Below are positions 1 to 9,156 of a DNA stretch of 64,000 nt, one piece after another. A program made the position numbers and the translations under genes. The stretch is taken from contig DEAM01000027.1 of assembly GCA_002347035.1 (NCBI GenBank), positions 23,881-87,880 on the forward strand, written 5' to 3'. The notes beneath the pieces are model-generated. The model made no database searches. It was not told the DNA's origin and worked only from the letters and a program-made list of their open reading frames with translations. The stretch is from Gemmatimonadales bacterium UBA2982 (GTDB lineage Bacteria; Gemmatimonadota; Gemmatimonadetes; Longimicrobiales; Gaopeijiaceae). Numbering within the stretch: the stretch's first letter is position 1; each line of letters starts with the position of its first letter.

Positions 1-103
1 CATAGCTACCCTCCCCAACATCTTGCCCCGAAGCTTCTGTGCCCGCACTCAACATGACGCCGAACAGCGCCCACAAAGTCGTTAACTCAATACACTTCTT
101 CAC
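1..103 (-). CDS. partial CDS: first 34 codons of a secreted protein of unknown function; continues past the left edge
   Basis: Reverse strand reads AGGAGG (118-113), a 9-nt spacer, GTG (103-101), then VKKCIELTTLWALFGVMLSAGTEASGQDVGEGSY. This is a basic n-region plus hydrophobic core, like a Sec signal peptide. The frame is open to the window edge. It is too short to appear in the ORF track. Confidence 0.4.
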   Translation of the reverse strand, partial: MKKCIELTTLWALFGVMLSAGTEASGQDVGEGSY

Positions 104-327
104 GGTGCGTCCCCTCCTGAATTATCTAGACTCCATGTTCATGAATCTTCTGGATCCAAACTTGCCGTACTAGTAATGGACGATACGTAGGCCCTCAGCG
201 TTACTTCTAGAAGAAACACTAGCCTGGGCTATGTCCATTAGAGACCTCCCACTCGGTCTTCGCTTTTACAAGTGAGCGCGGCGCAAGCCCACACAGAGAC
301 AGGTAGCGTGAATACACCCCTGGAACA

Positions 328-368
328 GAAGAAGCGCCGACCGGGGTGCTCCCGGCCGGCGCTTCTTC
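328..368 (-). terminator. terminator-like hairpin downstream of the FAH-family gene
   Basis: Perfect 12-bp inverted repeat GAAGAAGCGCCG (328-339) / CGGCGCTTCTTC (357-368), with extra inner pairing CCGGG/CCCGG. It lies 34 nt past the minus-strand stop at 402. There is no clear U-tract. Confidence 0.4.
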
Positions 369-401
369 CTAATAGCCCTGCCTTACTTAGGCCCAGTAAA
401 A

Positions 402-1559
402 CTAGCGCGGAGCTGGCCCCCGGTACGATGCGGTCGGAGGCAGCTGAGCACCGGTAAGATCTTCCGGAATACCTTCCTCAGCGACAACGGTGTGCACCAG
501 GGTACCAATACCCTCAATGGTAGCTCTGATAGTCTCACCAGCCTGCAAGTACCCGGAACCCGTTGCACGCTCGACACGACCAGCACCCGTTCCACCCGAT
601 GTCCCACTTTGCAGAACATCACCGGGGAATAACGTAATGAGCGAGGAAGCGTATTCGATAAGCTCCGGAATATTGTGGATCATATCACCTGCCCTGGCCT
701 CCTGAACGGTCACACCGTCGATAACCAGAGTCTGGTGCAGCTGCTCCATCGGATCCCCATAGAACTCTTTTGGAACGATCCATGGCCCCTGAGGAGCAAA
801 AGTGTCATGGCCTTTACCGACGAACCAATCTGAACCGGAACCGTAGCCGCCCGGAGGACGCCCACCACGATCAGATATATCCATGCCGACCATGTAGCCA
901 AATACATGGTCGTAAGCACGCGGCGCGGAAACGTACTTGCCTGCGCGACCAATCACGATCGCCATCTCGACTTCCCATTCGATTCGGTCACGGCCGTAAG
1001 GCATCACAATATCTTCCCCGCTACCGATGACCGCGCCACGAGTGGGCTTGAGGAAGAGGTACGGTACTCCGCGATCCTCCTGTCTCTGCTGAGTCCTGGC
1101 TGCTAAATCCTCGGCGCTGCAGCCCTCGCACGCGTGCGTATAAAAATTGACTGCGGCATTCATGATCTTGCTCGGATACTGGATCGGAGCAAGGATATCC
1201 ACATCGTCGACACGGTGAACATAGGCCGCACCACTAAGGTCGTTGCGCACCACATTATTAACGATCTCATAGAGGCGGTACTTAAGGCCATACTCGTACT
1301 GGCCAATCAGCTCAAGCATATCCTCAGGTGCATCAATGTGCGGATACATAGGATCAACTTCTAGAGCCGTATTCGCTGCCGCGACATCGATGATCAAGGC
1401 GTCCCTAAGAACGAGCCCTACCGTAGGCTCACCGTCGATCCCAAAAGTCCCCACTTTAAATGGCACGTCCGAAGACATTGCCTGAGCATTGATAAGAGCG
1501 GGGCTCGCGAAAACTGCGAGTGTCGCGAGAGCCAATGTTAGTCTTGTGATGCGTCCCAT
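402..1559 (-). CDS. fumarylacetoacetate hydrolase (FAH) family protein with N-terminal signal peptide
   Basis: 385-aa ORF with FAH-fold motifs (PYLFLKP, EVEMAIVIG, GYMVGMDISDRG, FPGDVLQSGTSGGTG). The N-terminus MGRITRLTLALATLAVFASPALINAQA looks like a signal peptide. ATG start with GGAG about 6 nt upstream. Confidence 0.85.
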   Translation of the reverse strand: MGRITRLTLALATLAVFASPALINAQAMSSDVPFKVGTFGIDGEPTVGLVLRDALIIDVAAANTALEVDPMYPHIDAPEDMLELIGQYEYGLKYRLYEIVNNVVRNDLSGAAYVHRVDDVDILAPIQYPSKIMNAAVNFYTHACEGCSAEDLAARTQQRQEDRGVPYLFLKPTRGAVIGSGEDIVMPYGRDRIEWEVEMAIVIGRAGKYVSAPRAYDHVFGYMVGMDISDRGGRPPGGYGSGSDWFVGKGHDTFAPQGPWIVPKEFYGDPMEQLHQTLVIDGVTVQEARAGDMIHNIPELIEYASSLITLFPGDVLQSGTSGGTGAGRVERATGSGYLQAGETIRATIEGIGTLVHTVVAEEGIPEDLTGAQLPPTASYRGPAPR

Positions 1560-1740
1560 AGCCTACTCCAGTAAAGCCACGTGAGTATGACGGACAGCGT
1601 GCTGTCCGCCGAGTTCATCCTCTCCTAAGCAGGGTGCTGACCCTACTTACAAGGGTTGTCAACCTATCACATTGGAGCGGGAACCATAAGTAGGAACTCT
1701 GAATTGTCCGACATCAATCGGAACTGCCCAATTTCGATCT

Positions 1741-2943
1741 TTAACCTGAAGCCCTATGGCCACCTATAGCTGCATCCAATTCCTCCTGGACACCTGGGAT
1801 ACCTTCAACTAATTGCCTGGCTGAGAGTGCCCGGAAAGCTTCCGGAGTTCGCGTCTGACCTAGGGCCCAAGCAGCATGCTGCCGAACTAGTGCACTCTCG
1901 TCTGAGAGCGCCTTGACTAGTGCGGGAACAGCCTCCGCATCCCCCCAGTTCCCTAGCGCAACGCAGAGGTTGCGTAGCAAGCCCTCTCGTTTGGATCGAC
2001 GAAGTGGGGAACCGTGGAAGATCTTCCGAAATCCTGCTTCGTCGAGTGAAAGTAATTTTTCTGTCAATTGGCGGAGGTCGGGTCCGTTTAGTTCGGCTTT
2101 AGGCCGATAAGCTTCCTCTTGTGTAGGGCGCGCAAACTGCTCGTTCCAGGGACAGACCTCCTGACAGATGTCGCAACCGAAGACGCGGTTGCCAATACCA
2201 GAGCGGAGATCCTTCGGAATCGCGCCCCGCAATTCAATCGTCAAGTAGGAGATACAGCGTCGCGCGTCCATGACTGGTGCACCGTCTTCATCCCGCCCCA
2301 ACAGGGCACCCGTAGGGCACGCATCTAGACATGCCGTACACGATCCACAGCGGTCGTCTAGGAACGGAGTGTCTGGAGGCAAACCAAGGTCCAAAAGGAG
2401 GGCGCCGATAAAGAAATAAGACCCTCTTTTAGGGTTGATAAGCATGGTATTTCGTCCGAACCAGCCCAATCCGGCTCGGTTTGCCAGTTCCCGTTCTAGA
2501 ATTGGTCCTGTGTCGACATAAGCACGGCCTTGCACATCACCTGGGACTATCTCTCGAAGCCAGGCCAGAAGGACCCGAAGTTTAGCTAGAACTACCTCAT
2601 GATAGTCGTCCCCACGAGCATACCTAGCTATGACAGCACGTTGGGGCTCATCTGGGACCCCCTCTGGATCCAACACATGATACTCGTGCGCGACCACCAG
2701 GACCGACTGGGCTTTCTTTAGGGTCTTTTTCAGGTCAGCGCGCCTTGCCACCGCGTCTGTACGAGAAAGATAGCTCATTTCCCCGTGATTCCCTTTGGCA
2801 ACCCATGAGCCATAGAAGCTCATGTGCTCACTCGCATCTACCCCTGTAACACCGGCGAGCGAGAACCCTAATCCAAGGGCCCGCTGCTTTAGCTGCTCCG
2901 TCAGGATAGCACGCTGGTCGGTAGTCACAACCTCACGGACCAT
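1741..2943 (-). CDS. queG: tRNA epoxyqueuosine(34) reductase
   Basis: 400-aa ORF with two 4Fe-4S motifs (CGSCTACLDACP, CDICQEVCPWN), the CISYLTIE motif and a C-terminal HEAT-like repeat (ALVKALSDESALVRQHAAWALG), as in QueG. Confidence 0.9.
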   Translation of the reverse strand: MVREVVTTDQRAILTEQLKQRALGLGFSLAGVTGVDASEHMSFYGSWVAKGNHGEMSYLSRTDAVARRADLKKTLKKAQSVLVVAHEYHVLDPEGVPDEPQRAVIARYARGDDYHEVVLAKLRVLLAWLREIVPGDVQGRAYVDTGPILERELANRAGLGWFGRNTMLINPKRGSYFFIGALLLDLGLPPDTPFLDDRCGSCTACLDACPTGALLGRDEDGAPVMDARRCISYLTIELRGAIPKDLRSGIGNRVFGCDICQEVCPWNEQFARPTQEEAYRPKAELNGPDLRQLTEKLLSLDEAGFRKIFHGSPLRRSKREGLLRNLCVALGNWGDAEAVPALVKALSDESALVRQHAAWALGQTRTPEAFRALSARQLVEGIPGVQEELDAAIGGHRASG

Positions 2944-3028
2944 CTGATAGAAGGAGGGCAGAACGCACCCGAGGTTCAGCGAATAGACGGGCAGTCATCA
3001 GTCAAAACACGTGGCACGTCGTGTCAAA

Positions 3029-3346
3029 CTAGTCCAGGCGTTTCCATCGGTCTGCGTCGCGGCTCCGGTACTTGTCCAAGACCTGATTAAGAGCCTGCTC
3101 AAGATCAATGCCCTGTTGATTCGCGATCACCAGTAGCACAAAGAGCACATCCCCCAATTCAAGAGCGAGGTCCTTTTCAGCCTCATCCGAGCGCTTGGTC
3201 TTGTTTCCAAATCGATGGTTCATCTCTCGAGCAAGCTCGCCGACCTCTTCAGTCAATCGAGCGAGGTTAGATAAAGGAGGCCAATAACCTTCCTCGAATT
3301 GTGAGATCCAAGTGTGCACTGCCTTCTGTGCTTCGCTCAATCTCAC
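3029..3346 (-). CDS. MazG-like nucleotide pyrophosphohydrolase (small, single-domain)
   Basis: 105-aa ORF with MazG helices EEVGELAREM and ELGDVLFVLLVIANQQGIDLEQAL. Its GTG start overlaps the upstream stop (GTGA at 3343-3346). Confidence 0.8.
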   Translation of the reverse strand: MRLSEAQKAVHTWISQFEEGYWPPLSNLARLTEEVGELAREMNHRFGNKTKRSDEAEKDLALELGDVLFVLLVIANQQGIDLEQALNQVLDKYRSRDADRWKRLD

Positions 3347-4380
3347 GGTTCGAGCACGACCTTCCCGAAGACTTTGCCGTCCTCGAGTATCTGATGGGCC
3401 AGACCAGCATCTTCTAAAGGCATGACCTGATGGATCATCGGTTGGAGTGACCCCCCGAACACCAGACGCATTACCCGACGAAATTCAGCAGGTGTCCCCA
3501 TAGTACTCCCCATGATGGAAAGCTGCTTCCAAAAAACTCGCCGAATCTCCGTGACCCCGCGCGAGCCTGTAGTAGCACCAGAAGTCACAAGACGCCCACA
3601 TGGAGCTAGCGCCATAAGACACTGCTGCCAGACCATCTCACCAACTGTATCAAACACTACGTGAACTCCTTCCTTTCGTGTGTCGCGCCACACCTCCCTG
3701 GAGAAATCTACCTTCTGTCGATCATACACCACGTGGGCTCCCAACTGCCGGGCCAAGTGGACCTTCTCAGGTCCTGAAGTTACCGCATAAACCCTGGCTC
3801 CAGCCCGCTCCGCTACCTGGATTGCAGCTGTTCCGACCCCGCCGGATGCTCCTGTAATCAATACTCGCTCGCCGGCCTGGACCTGGGCCCTAGTAACTAG
3901 TGCCCTCCAGGCGGTTGTGAAAACCAAACCGGCAGCAGCTGCATCCACAAAAGAAACGCCGTCTGGAACCTCTAGTAGGTTATCAGAAGGCACCACTGCA
4001 TACTCCGCAAAGCCACCTTGAGTATGTTCCCCGATCAGACGAAATGGAGACTCGTGAAAAGATTTGCCGCGACCCTGACCCTCATACCATTGGTATCCCA
4101 GAGACGGGTCGACCACGACCCGCGTTCCTAGAGGAACAGAGTCTGCACCGGGGCCTACCGCATCTACTTCACCGGCGAGATCGGATCCTCCTATGTGAGG
4201 CATAGTGGTTTGGATAGGGAGCCCCCGCCGCACCCAGAGGTCGAGATGATTCATCGCAGCTGCGCCTACTTGAATCCGGACTTCCCCGGGGCCTGGTTCA
4301 GGAATTGGGACTTCTCGAATCTCGATGACATCAGGACCCCCAAACTCGGAGAAAATCGCAGCGCGCATCATCTTGGGCAT
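3343..4380 (-). CDS. MDR-family zinc-type alcohol dehydrogenase / NAD(P)H:quinone oxidoreductase
   Basis: GroES-like N-terminal region (PEPGPGEVRIQVGAAAMNHLD) and a Rossmann motif (ITGASGGVGTAAIQ). The ORF track begins at TTG 4416. ATG 4380 (MPKMMRAAIF) has GGGGTG 5-6 nt upstream and fits family N-termini better. Confidence 0.85.
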   Translation of the reverse strand: MPKMMRAAIFSEFGGPDVIEIREVPIPEPGPGEVRIQVGAAAMNHLDLWVRRGLPIQTTMPHIGGSDLAGEVDAVGPGADSVPLGTRVVVDPSLGYQWYEGQGRGKSFHESPFRLIGEHTQGGFAEYAVVPSDNLLEVPDGVSFVDAAAAGLVFTTAWRALVTRAQVQAGERVLITGASGGVGTAAIQVAERAGARVYAVTSGPEKVHLARQLGAHVVYDRQKVDFSREVWRDTRKEGVHVVFDTVGEMVWQQCLMALAPCGRLVTSGATTGSRGVTEIRRVFWKQLSIMGSTMGTPAEFRRVMRLVFGGSLQPMIHQVMPLEDAGLAHQILEDGKVFGKVVLEP

Positions 4381-4493
4381 GTAGTCACCCCTTTTGCTAC
4401 CATTGTGACAGACCAAAGTCTAGAGATCCTTCAAGACAGTCACAACTGAGCATAGCACCACGCGCAAAAAGTTTCTCGCTAGATTGTCACCTT

Positions 4494-4856
4494 ATGTCTG
4501 AAGACCTATCTACCGCTGGTACTGACTCCGGAAAGGATGACACCACCTTAGGTGGATACTTCCACGTGCATAACCGTCCTCCTGCCTATGAAGGGTCAGA
4601 CGGGCATCCGTATACGGTATCACTCGAAGTTGAAAAAACTGGTAATCTTCGCACCCCGTACGCGGGTTACCTGGTATTCCCTCGCTGGGCAGAGACAGGC
4701 GTAGGCATAGTAGGGCACGTCGAGACTAGGACACTGATTGAGTGCGTAACCTCGGAGGAGGTCGTAGCTGGATTAAATGCACTAACCCTCATAGAGGTAC
4801 AGCACCTTCTCGTCGATGCATTAAAGCAGCGCGAACCGACTGATACGGCAGACTAA
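4494..4856 (+). CDS. hypothetical protein (120 aa), coupled to queE
   Basis: Clean ATG ORF in the only open frame. Its stop TAA (4854-4856) is 2 nt before the queE start. I recognise no motif and see no obvious SD. Confidence 0.6.
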   Translation: MSEDLSTAGTDSGKDDTTLGGYFHVHNRPPAYEGSDGHPYTVSLEVEKTGNLRTPYAGYLVFPRWAETGVGIVGHVETRTLIECVTSEEVVAGLNALTLIEVQHLLVDALKQREPTDTAD

Positions 4857-4858
4857 TA

Positions 4859-5524
4859 TTGAATCAGAAGCTTTCTGTTACCGAAATTTTCTACTCTATC
4901 CAGGGGGAGTCCACATGGGCTGGAGCACCCTGCACGTTCGTGCGCCTTACTGGTTGTCCTCTTCGCTGTTCCTGGTGTGATACCGAGTACGCGTTTCACG
5001 GCGGGAGTGAGATGGGCCTGGATGAAGTGGTAGCTGAGATTGCTAGCCACTCGTGCAAAACTGTAGAGATCACGGGTGGAGAGCCACTCGCTCAGAAGGG
5101 GGTATTTCCGCTAGCAGACCGACTTCTGTCAGAAGGCTATATCGTACTCCTTGAAACATCGGGAGCTCTTGACGTGTCACGACTGGATCCACGCGTGCAC
5201 AAAATCATGGACCTGAAGTGTCCTGGCTCCATGGAAAGCGACCGTAACCGTTGGGAAAACCTCAACCACCTCACTGAACGAGACGAAATTAAATTTGTCA
5301 TTCAAGATCGTACGGACTACCAATGGGCCCGTAATGTCATAAGACAACGAGAGCTCGACCAACGGGTTGAAGAAGGCTCTTTGCGCGCACTACTAATCTC
5401 TCCGGTCTGGGAAGCCATTGACCTAGAATCTTTGAGCACATGGATCCTCGAAGACCGACTACCAGTTCGTCTCCAGATCCAAATGCACAAACTGATCTGG
5501 GAACCTGACCGCCAGGGAGTCTGA
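4859..5524 (+). CDS. queE: 7-carboxy-7-deazaguanine synthase (radical SAM)
   Basis: N-terminus EIFYSIQGES and the radical-SAM cluster CTFVRLTGCPLRCSWCDT are typical of QueE. TTG start at 4859. Confidence 0.9.
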   Translation: MNQKLSVTEIFYSIQGESTWAGAPCTFVRLTGCPLRCSWCDTEYAFHGGSEMGLDEVVAEIASHSCKTVEITGGEPLAQKGVFPLADRLLSEGYIVLLETSGALDVSRLDPRVHKIMDLKCPGSMESDRNRWENLNHLTERDEIKFVIQDRTDYQWARNVIRQRELDQRVEEGSLRALLISPVWEAIDLESLSTWILEDRLPVRLQIQMHKLIWEPDRQGV

Positions 5525-5549
5525 CTAAAACTCTTTCTAGCTTTAGAAG

Positions 5550-6185
5550 ATGCTCAGCAACCCCCTAGAATCGGACGGACGCTTCCGGGTCCTTAAGAAC
5601 GCACTGGCCTCCTGCGGACACCGAAGCAGTAGTCCACTTATTCCGGACATGACCATCCTGAGGGCTGCGGTTGCTCTAGTGCTGCGAGCTCGTGATCCTC
5701 TCGAGCTTCTGCTAGTGAAGCGAGCAACATCGGAAAGCGACCCATGGTCTGGGCATATGGCTCTGCCGGGAGGTCGGCACGACAAATCGGATTCGGACCT
5801 CCTCAGCACGGCTAAACGTGAGACAATGGAGGAAGTTGGGGTCGACCTCGACCAATCTGCACCACTCCTAGGAAGGCTTGATGAGACGAGCCCGTCCACA
5901 CAACGCCTCCCTACGTTATCGATTTCACCCTTCGTTTTCGGTGTGACTGGTGATAGAGATGCACATGTGGCGAGTTCGGAGATCGGACAAATCTTCTGGG
6001 TTCGAATCGAAGACTTAATGAGCCCTAAGAACCACTGCACCGTAGAAATCGCCCTTCCTGGGGGCCCAAGAGAGTTTCCGTGCTTTTCAATAGAAGACGA
6101 GCACGTGTGGGGACTCACCTACAGAATCTTATCTCAGTTCTTTGACCTTCTCACAAGCGACATGCTGGACGGTCTGAAGTTATAG
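5550..6185 (+). CDS. NUDIX hydrolase (CoA pyrophosphatase-like)
   Basis: NUDIX box GHMALPGGRHDKSDSDLLSTAKRETMEEVGV (GX5EX7REUXEEXGU pattern). The 191-aa antisense ORF is low-complexity. Confidence 0.8.
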   Translation: MLSNPLESDGRFRVLKNALASCGHRSSSPLIPDMTILRAAVALVLRARDPLELLLVKRATSESDPWSGHMALPGGRHDKSDSDLLSTAKRETMEEVGVDLDQSAPLLGRLDETSPSTQRLPTLSISPFVFGVTGDRDAHVASSEIGQIFWVRIEDLMSPKNHCTVEIALPGGPREFPCFSIEDEHVWGLTYRILSQFFDLLTSDMLDGLKL

Positions 6186-6189
6186 ATCC

Positions 6190-7281
6190 TTAATCCACCC
6201 ACTCGGCGATGAAGACATTTGTGTCATTCGAGTCACCGTTATTGCGGTTAGAGCCGAATACCAGGTAGCGCCCATCGGGACTGAACACTGGGAAACCGTC
6301 GAACCCCTCCGAATAAGTGATTTGGGTGAGCCCTGTCCCATCAAGATTGATCATGTAGAGTTCGAAGTCCCGACCATCGGGATCATGGTGGTTAGAACTG
6401 AAGATGATCTTCTCACCTGAGGGGTGCCAATATGGTGCGAAGTTAGCACCGCCGACGTTGGTCACCTGGCGTTGATTGGATCCGTCGGCATCCATGACCA
6501 GTATCTCCAATTCGCCCGGCCGGATAAGACCCTCAGCGAGCAGTCTCATGTAGTCATCTAACTCAGGCCCTTCTTCAGGGTAATCCGCGCGCCAAATGAT
6601 CTTTGAACCGTCCGGAGAGTAAAACGCACCGCCGTCGTACCCAGGTCGATCAGTAAGCCGAATTACATCGGAACCATCCGGGGCCATCGAATAGAGTTCA
6701 AGGTCCCCGTCACGTGTGCTCGTGAATACGATCCGGTCACCTGCTGGCGAGAAGGTGGCTTCGGCATCGTAGCCATCTTCCGTGGTGAGCTGTCTCAGGT
6801 TCGACCCATCAGCATTCGATACAAACACGTCGTAAGTCTCATAAATTGGCCACACGTAACCCATAGAGAAATCTGGTACGGGTGGGCACTCCGCATTGTG
6901 ATGGTGTGTGGACGAATAGAGTATCTCGTCCCCTGATGGATAGAAGTATGCGCAGGTAGTACGGCCTTCGCCGTTACTCACCCTCGTCGATTCAGCTGTT
7001 TGGGGGTCGAGTGTAAAAATCTGGTCGCAGCCAGCATCAGGTTTGTTTCCTTGGTAGATGAGCATCGAACCATCAAAAGCCCAATATGCCTCTGCATTCT
7101 CTCCTCCAACCGTAAGTTGCCGTATGTTTCTTAGGTGGACCTCATCTGGCATACCTAGCTCAACGCCAGCTGCTAGGTTCACTGGAGGATCCGCGGTTGG
7201 TTGTTCCGATACTTCCGGCAAACAACCTGAGAGGGATACTATGGAAAGGGTAATTACTGAGAGCCATTGATGAATACGCAC
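6190..7281 (-). CDS. TolB-like PD40 beta-propeller lipoprotein
   Basis: Repeated PD40 signatures ([53 protein letters not shown]). Lipobox-like LSGC in [23 protein letters not shown] start. Confidence 0.8.
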   Translation of the reverse strand: MRIHQWLSVITLSIVSLSGCLPEVSEQPTADPPVNLAAGVELGMPDEVHLRNIRQLTVGGENAEAYWAFDGSMLIYQGNKPDAGCDQIFTLDPQTAESTRVSNGEGRTTCAYFYPSGDEILYSSTHHHNAECPPVPDFSMGYVWPIYETYDVFVSNADGSNLRQLTTEDGYDAEATFSPAGDRIVFTSTRDGDLELYSMAPDGSDVIRLTDRPGYDGGAFYSPDGSKIIWRADYPEEGPELDDYMRLLAEGLIRPGELEILVMDADGSNQRQVTNVGGANFAPYWHPSGEKIIFSSNHHDPDGRDFELYMINLDGTGLTQITYSEGFDGFPVFSPDGRYLVFGSNRNNGDSNDTNVFIAEWVD

Positions 7282-9024
7282 TTTAAAACCTCGTTTAGAT
7301 CTGTCTGGGGCACTTCGGCCCTATTTCTCTTTACTGTCGCCAATACGACTGCCCAGGTTTGTCCAGAAGCGGCTAACCTGACCGCCGAGCTGACCGGAGC
7401 AAGAGCGCACGTTCGTTTCCTTGCCGACGATCGTCTCGAAGGCCGCGAGGTGGGCACCAACGGCGCGCACTGCGCTGGCGACTATATCGCTGCCCAATTC
7501 TCCGCTCTCGAACTTGAGCCCGCTGGATCCCAAGGTAGTTACTTTCAGACATTTTCCATCCGTAAAGGTGCCGAGCTGGGTCCCCAAAACCGCTTAGTCA
7601 TTTCAGGACGGACGTATGGAGTAGGAACAGACTGGGTGCCCGCCGGCTATTCCGCCAGCGCTAATATAAATCGAGAGATCGTCTACGGCGGACACCTCCT
7701 GGACAATCCTGAAGATCCTGGCGATGAATTCGCCAGCCTCGACATCTCCGGCAAGATCGTAGTCGTCGAGTGGGGTGACCCAGATGCTCCGCACGGTATC
7801 TCTGTGCGTGGTGACCCTCATTATAAGGCTACCGTTGCAGCTGGGCGCGACGCGAGTGGCATTATAGTCCTGGCTCCAGAGGGCATGGGCAGGCCCAGCC
7901 TTGAAGACGAGACTAGGGCAACGCTTTCCATCCCTGTGGGAATAGTAAACGGTGCCATCGCAGAAACCGTTCGAGAGGCCCTGATAGGGGGAGGAAACGC
8001 CCAACTCCATACAGATGTTCAGGCCACGACCGCTGACGCTCGCAACGTTGTAGCGCTGCTTCCGGGATCAAACCCTGAACGCATGCGTGAGACGGTTGTC
8101 ATCGGGGCACACTATGACCACCTCGGTCACGGAGGAGAAGGCTCGCTGGCACCCGAGTCGACCGAAGTGCACAACGGAGCGGACGACAATGCAAGTGGAA
8201 CCGCGGCAGTTATTGAGGCCGCGCGCTCGCTCGCCGCAGGTCCTCCTCTGGAGCGTAGTGTCCTATTCATAGCGTTTACTGGAGAAGAGAAGGGCCTCTG
8301 GGGTTCAGCCCACTTTGTTCGCGAGCCCACCGTTGAACTAGAAAGAGCCGTAGCCATGCTGAACCTAGATATGGTAGGCCGCGTCGTGGATGATCAGCTC
8401 ACGATTTTAGGTTTTGGAACAGCGGCCGAATGGGATGAAATTGTAGATATGGCCGCGGGTGAGATGTCAGACCCTCTTAGTATCGCCAAATCACCAGATG
8501 GATTTGGTCCTTCAGACCATTCCTCATTCTACGGTGAAGGGATTCCAGTACTCCACTTTCTATCGAATCTGCACGAGGATTATCACCGACCTTCCGACGA
8601 CTTCGATAAGATCAATTACGAAGGCCTGGAACGTGTCATAGAGCTAACAGTGGATATCTTGATCAAGCTCGCAGGCAATGGTTCTGACCTGGTTGCCCTG
8701 ACTCCACTAGAACAGGACCGACCTCCCCCTCCTGGGCAGGCCTCTTCGTCCACTAGCGGATACGGGCCTTATCTAGGCTCTATCCCAGACATGACCCCTC
8801 GTGACTTTGGCCTTCGTCTCACGGGCGTTAGGGAAGGGAGTCCAGCAGATGAAGCAGGACTGCGAGGTGGTGATGTCGTCGTTGAGTTCGACGGCAATGA
8901 AATAACAGATATTTACGCCTACACTTATGCACTCCAGGCAAGAAGTCCGGGCGACGAGGTCAGTATCGTGGTGGAGCGGGACGGGGAACGAGTAACGGTG
9001 ACAGCCGTATTGGGCGAACGCTAG
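7270..9024 (+). CDS. M28 family metallopeptidase with PA domain and C-terminal PDZ domain
   Basis: Signal peptide, then M28 metal-ligand motifs ([36 protein letters not shown]). PDZ-like tail ([23 protein letters not shown]). ATG 7270 is one codon inside the ORF-track TTG 7267. Confidence 0.85.
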   Translation: MNTHFKTSFRSVWGTSALFLFTVANTTAQVCPEAANLTAELTGARAHVRFLADDRLEGREVGTNGAHCAGDYIAAQFSALELEPAGSQGSYFQTFSIRKGAELGPQNRLVISGRTYGVGTDWVPAGYSASANINREIVYGGHLLDNPEDPGDEFASLDISGKIVVVEWGDPDAPHGISVRGDPHYKATVAAGRDASGIIVLAPEGMGRPSLEDETRATLSIPVGIVNGAIAETVREALIGGGNAQLHTDVQATTADARNVVALLPGSNPERMRETVVIGAHYDHLGHGGEGSLAPESTEVHNGADDNASGTAAVIEAARSLAAGPPLERSVLFIAFTGEEKGLWGSAHFVREPTVELERAVAMLNLDMVGRVVDDQLTILGFGTAAEWDEIVDMAAGEMSDPLSIAKSPDGFGPSDHSSFYGEGIPVLHFLSNLHEDYHRPSDDFDKINYEGLERVIELTVDILIKLAGNGSDLVALTPLEQDRPPPPGQASSSTSGYGPYLGSIPDMTPRDFGLRLTGVREGSPADEAGLRGGDVVVEFDGNEITDIYAYTYALQARSPGDEVSIVVERDGERVTVTAVLGER

Positions 9025-9156
9025 AACTCTTCAGATCCACGTGTACCTCACCAGGCTAAAACGCCAGACTAACAGAGGTAGTGCTCGTCTGCCCTCAACA
9101 AGGACCCATCTAACCACCCTGGACTGGATCCCTCTCTCGGCGTTCTCGTGGGCGCA

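Noticed and set aside
4403-4445. 7-bp inverted repeat TTGTGAC ... GTCACAA in the divergent region between the oxidoreductase and the 120-aa/queE genes, with a third TTGTCAC at about 4484; possible operator
   Set aside because: It is short, the 29-nt spacing is atypical for a dimeric operator, no regulator gene is nearby, and chance occurrence cannot be excluded without comparative data.
4494-4856. Idea that the 120-aa ORF upstream of queE is QueD (6-carboxytetrahydropterin synthase), which has the same size
   Set aside because: It lacks the QueD/PTPS zinc-binding His/Cys pattern (no HGH or CxxxHGH motif) and shows no alignment with QueD as I remember it.
5543-6118. 191-aa minus-strand ORF overlapping the NUDIX gene
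   Set aside because: The plus-strand frame contains an intact NUDIX box. The minus-strand translation is Ser/Arg-rich with no motif.
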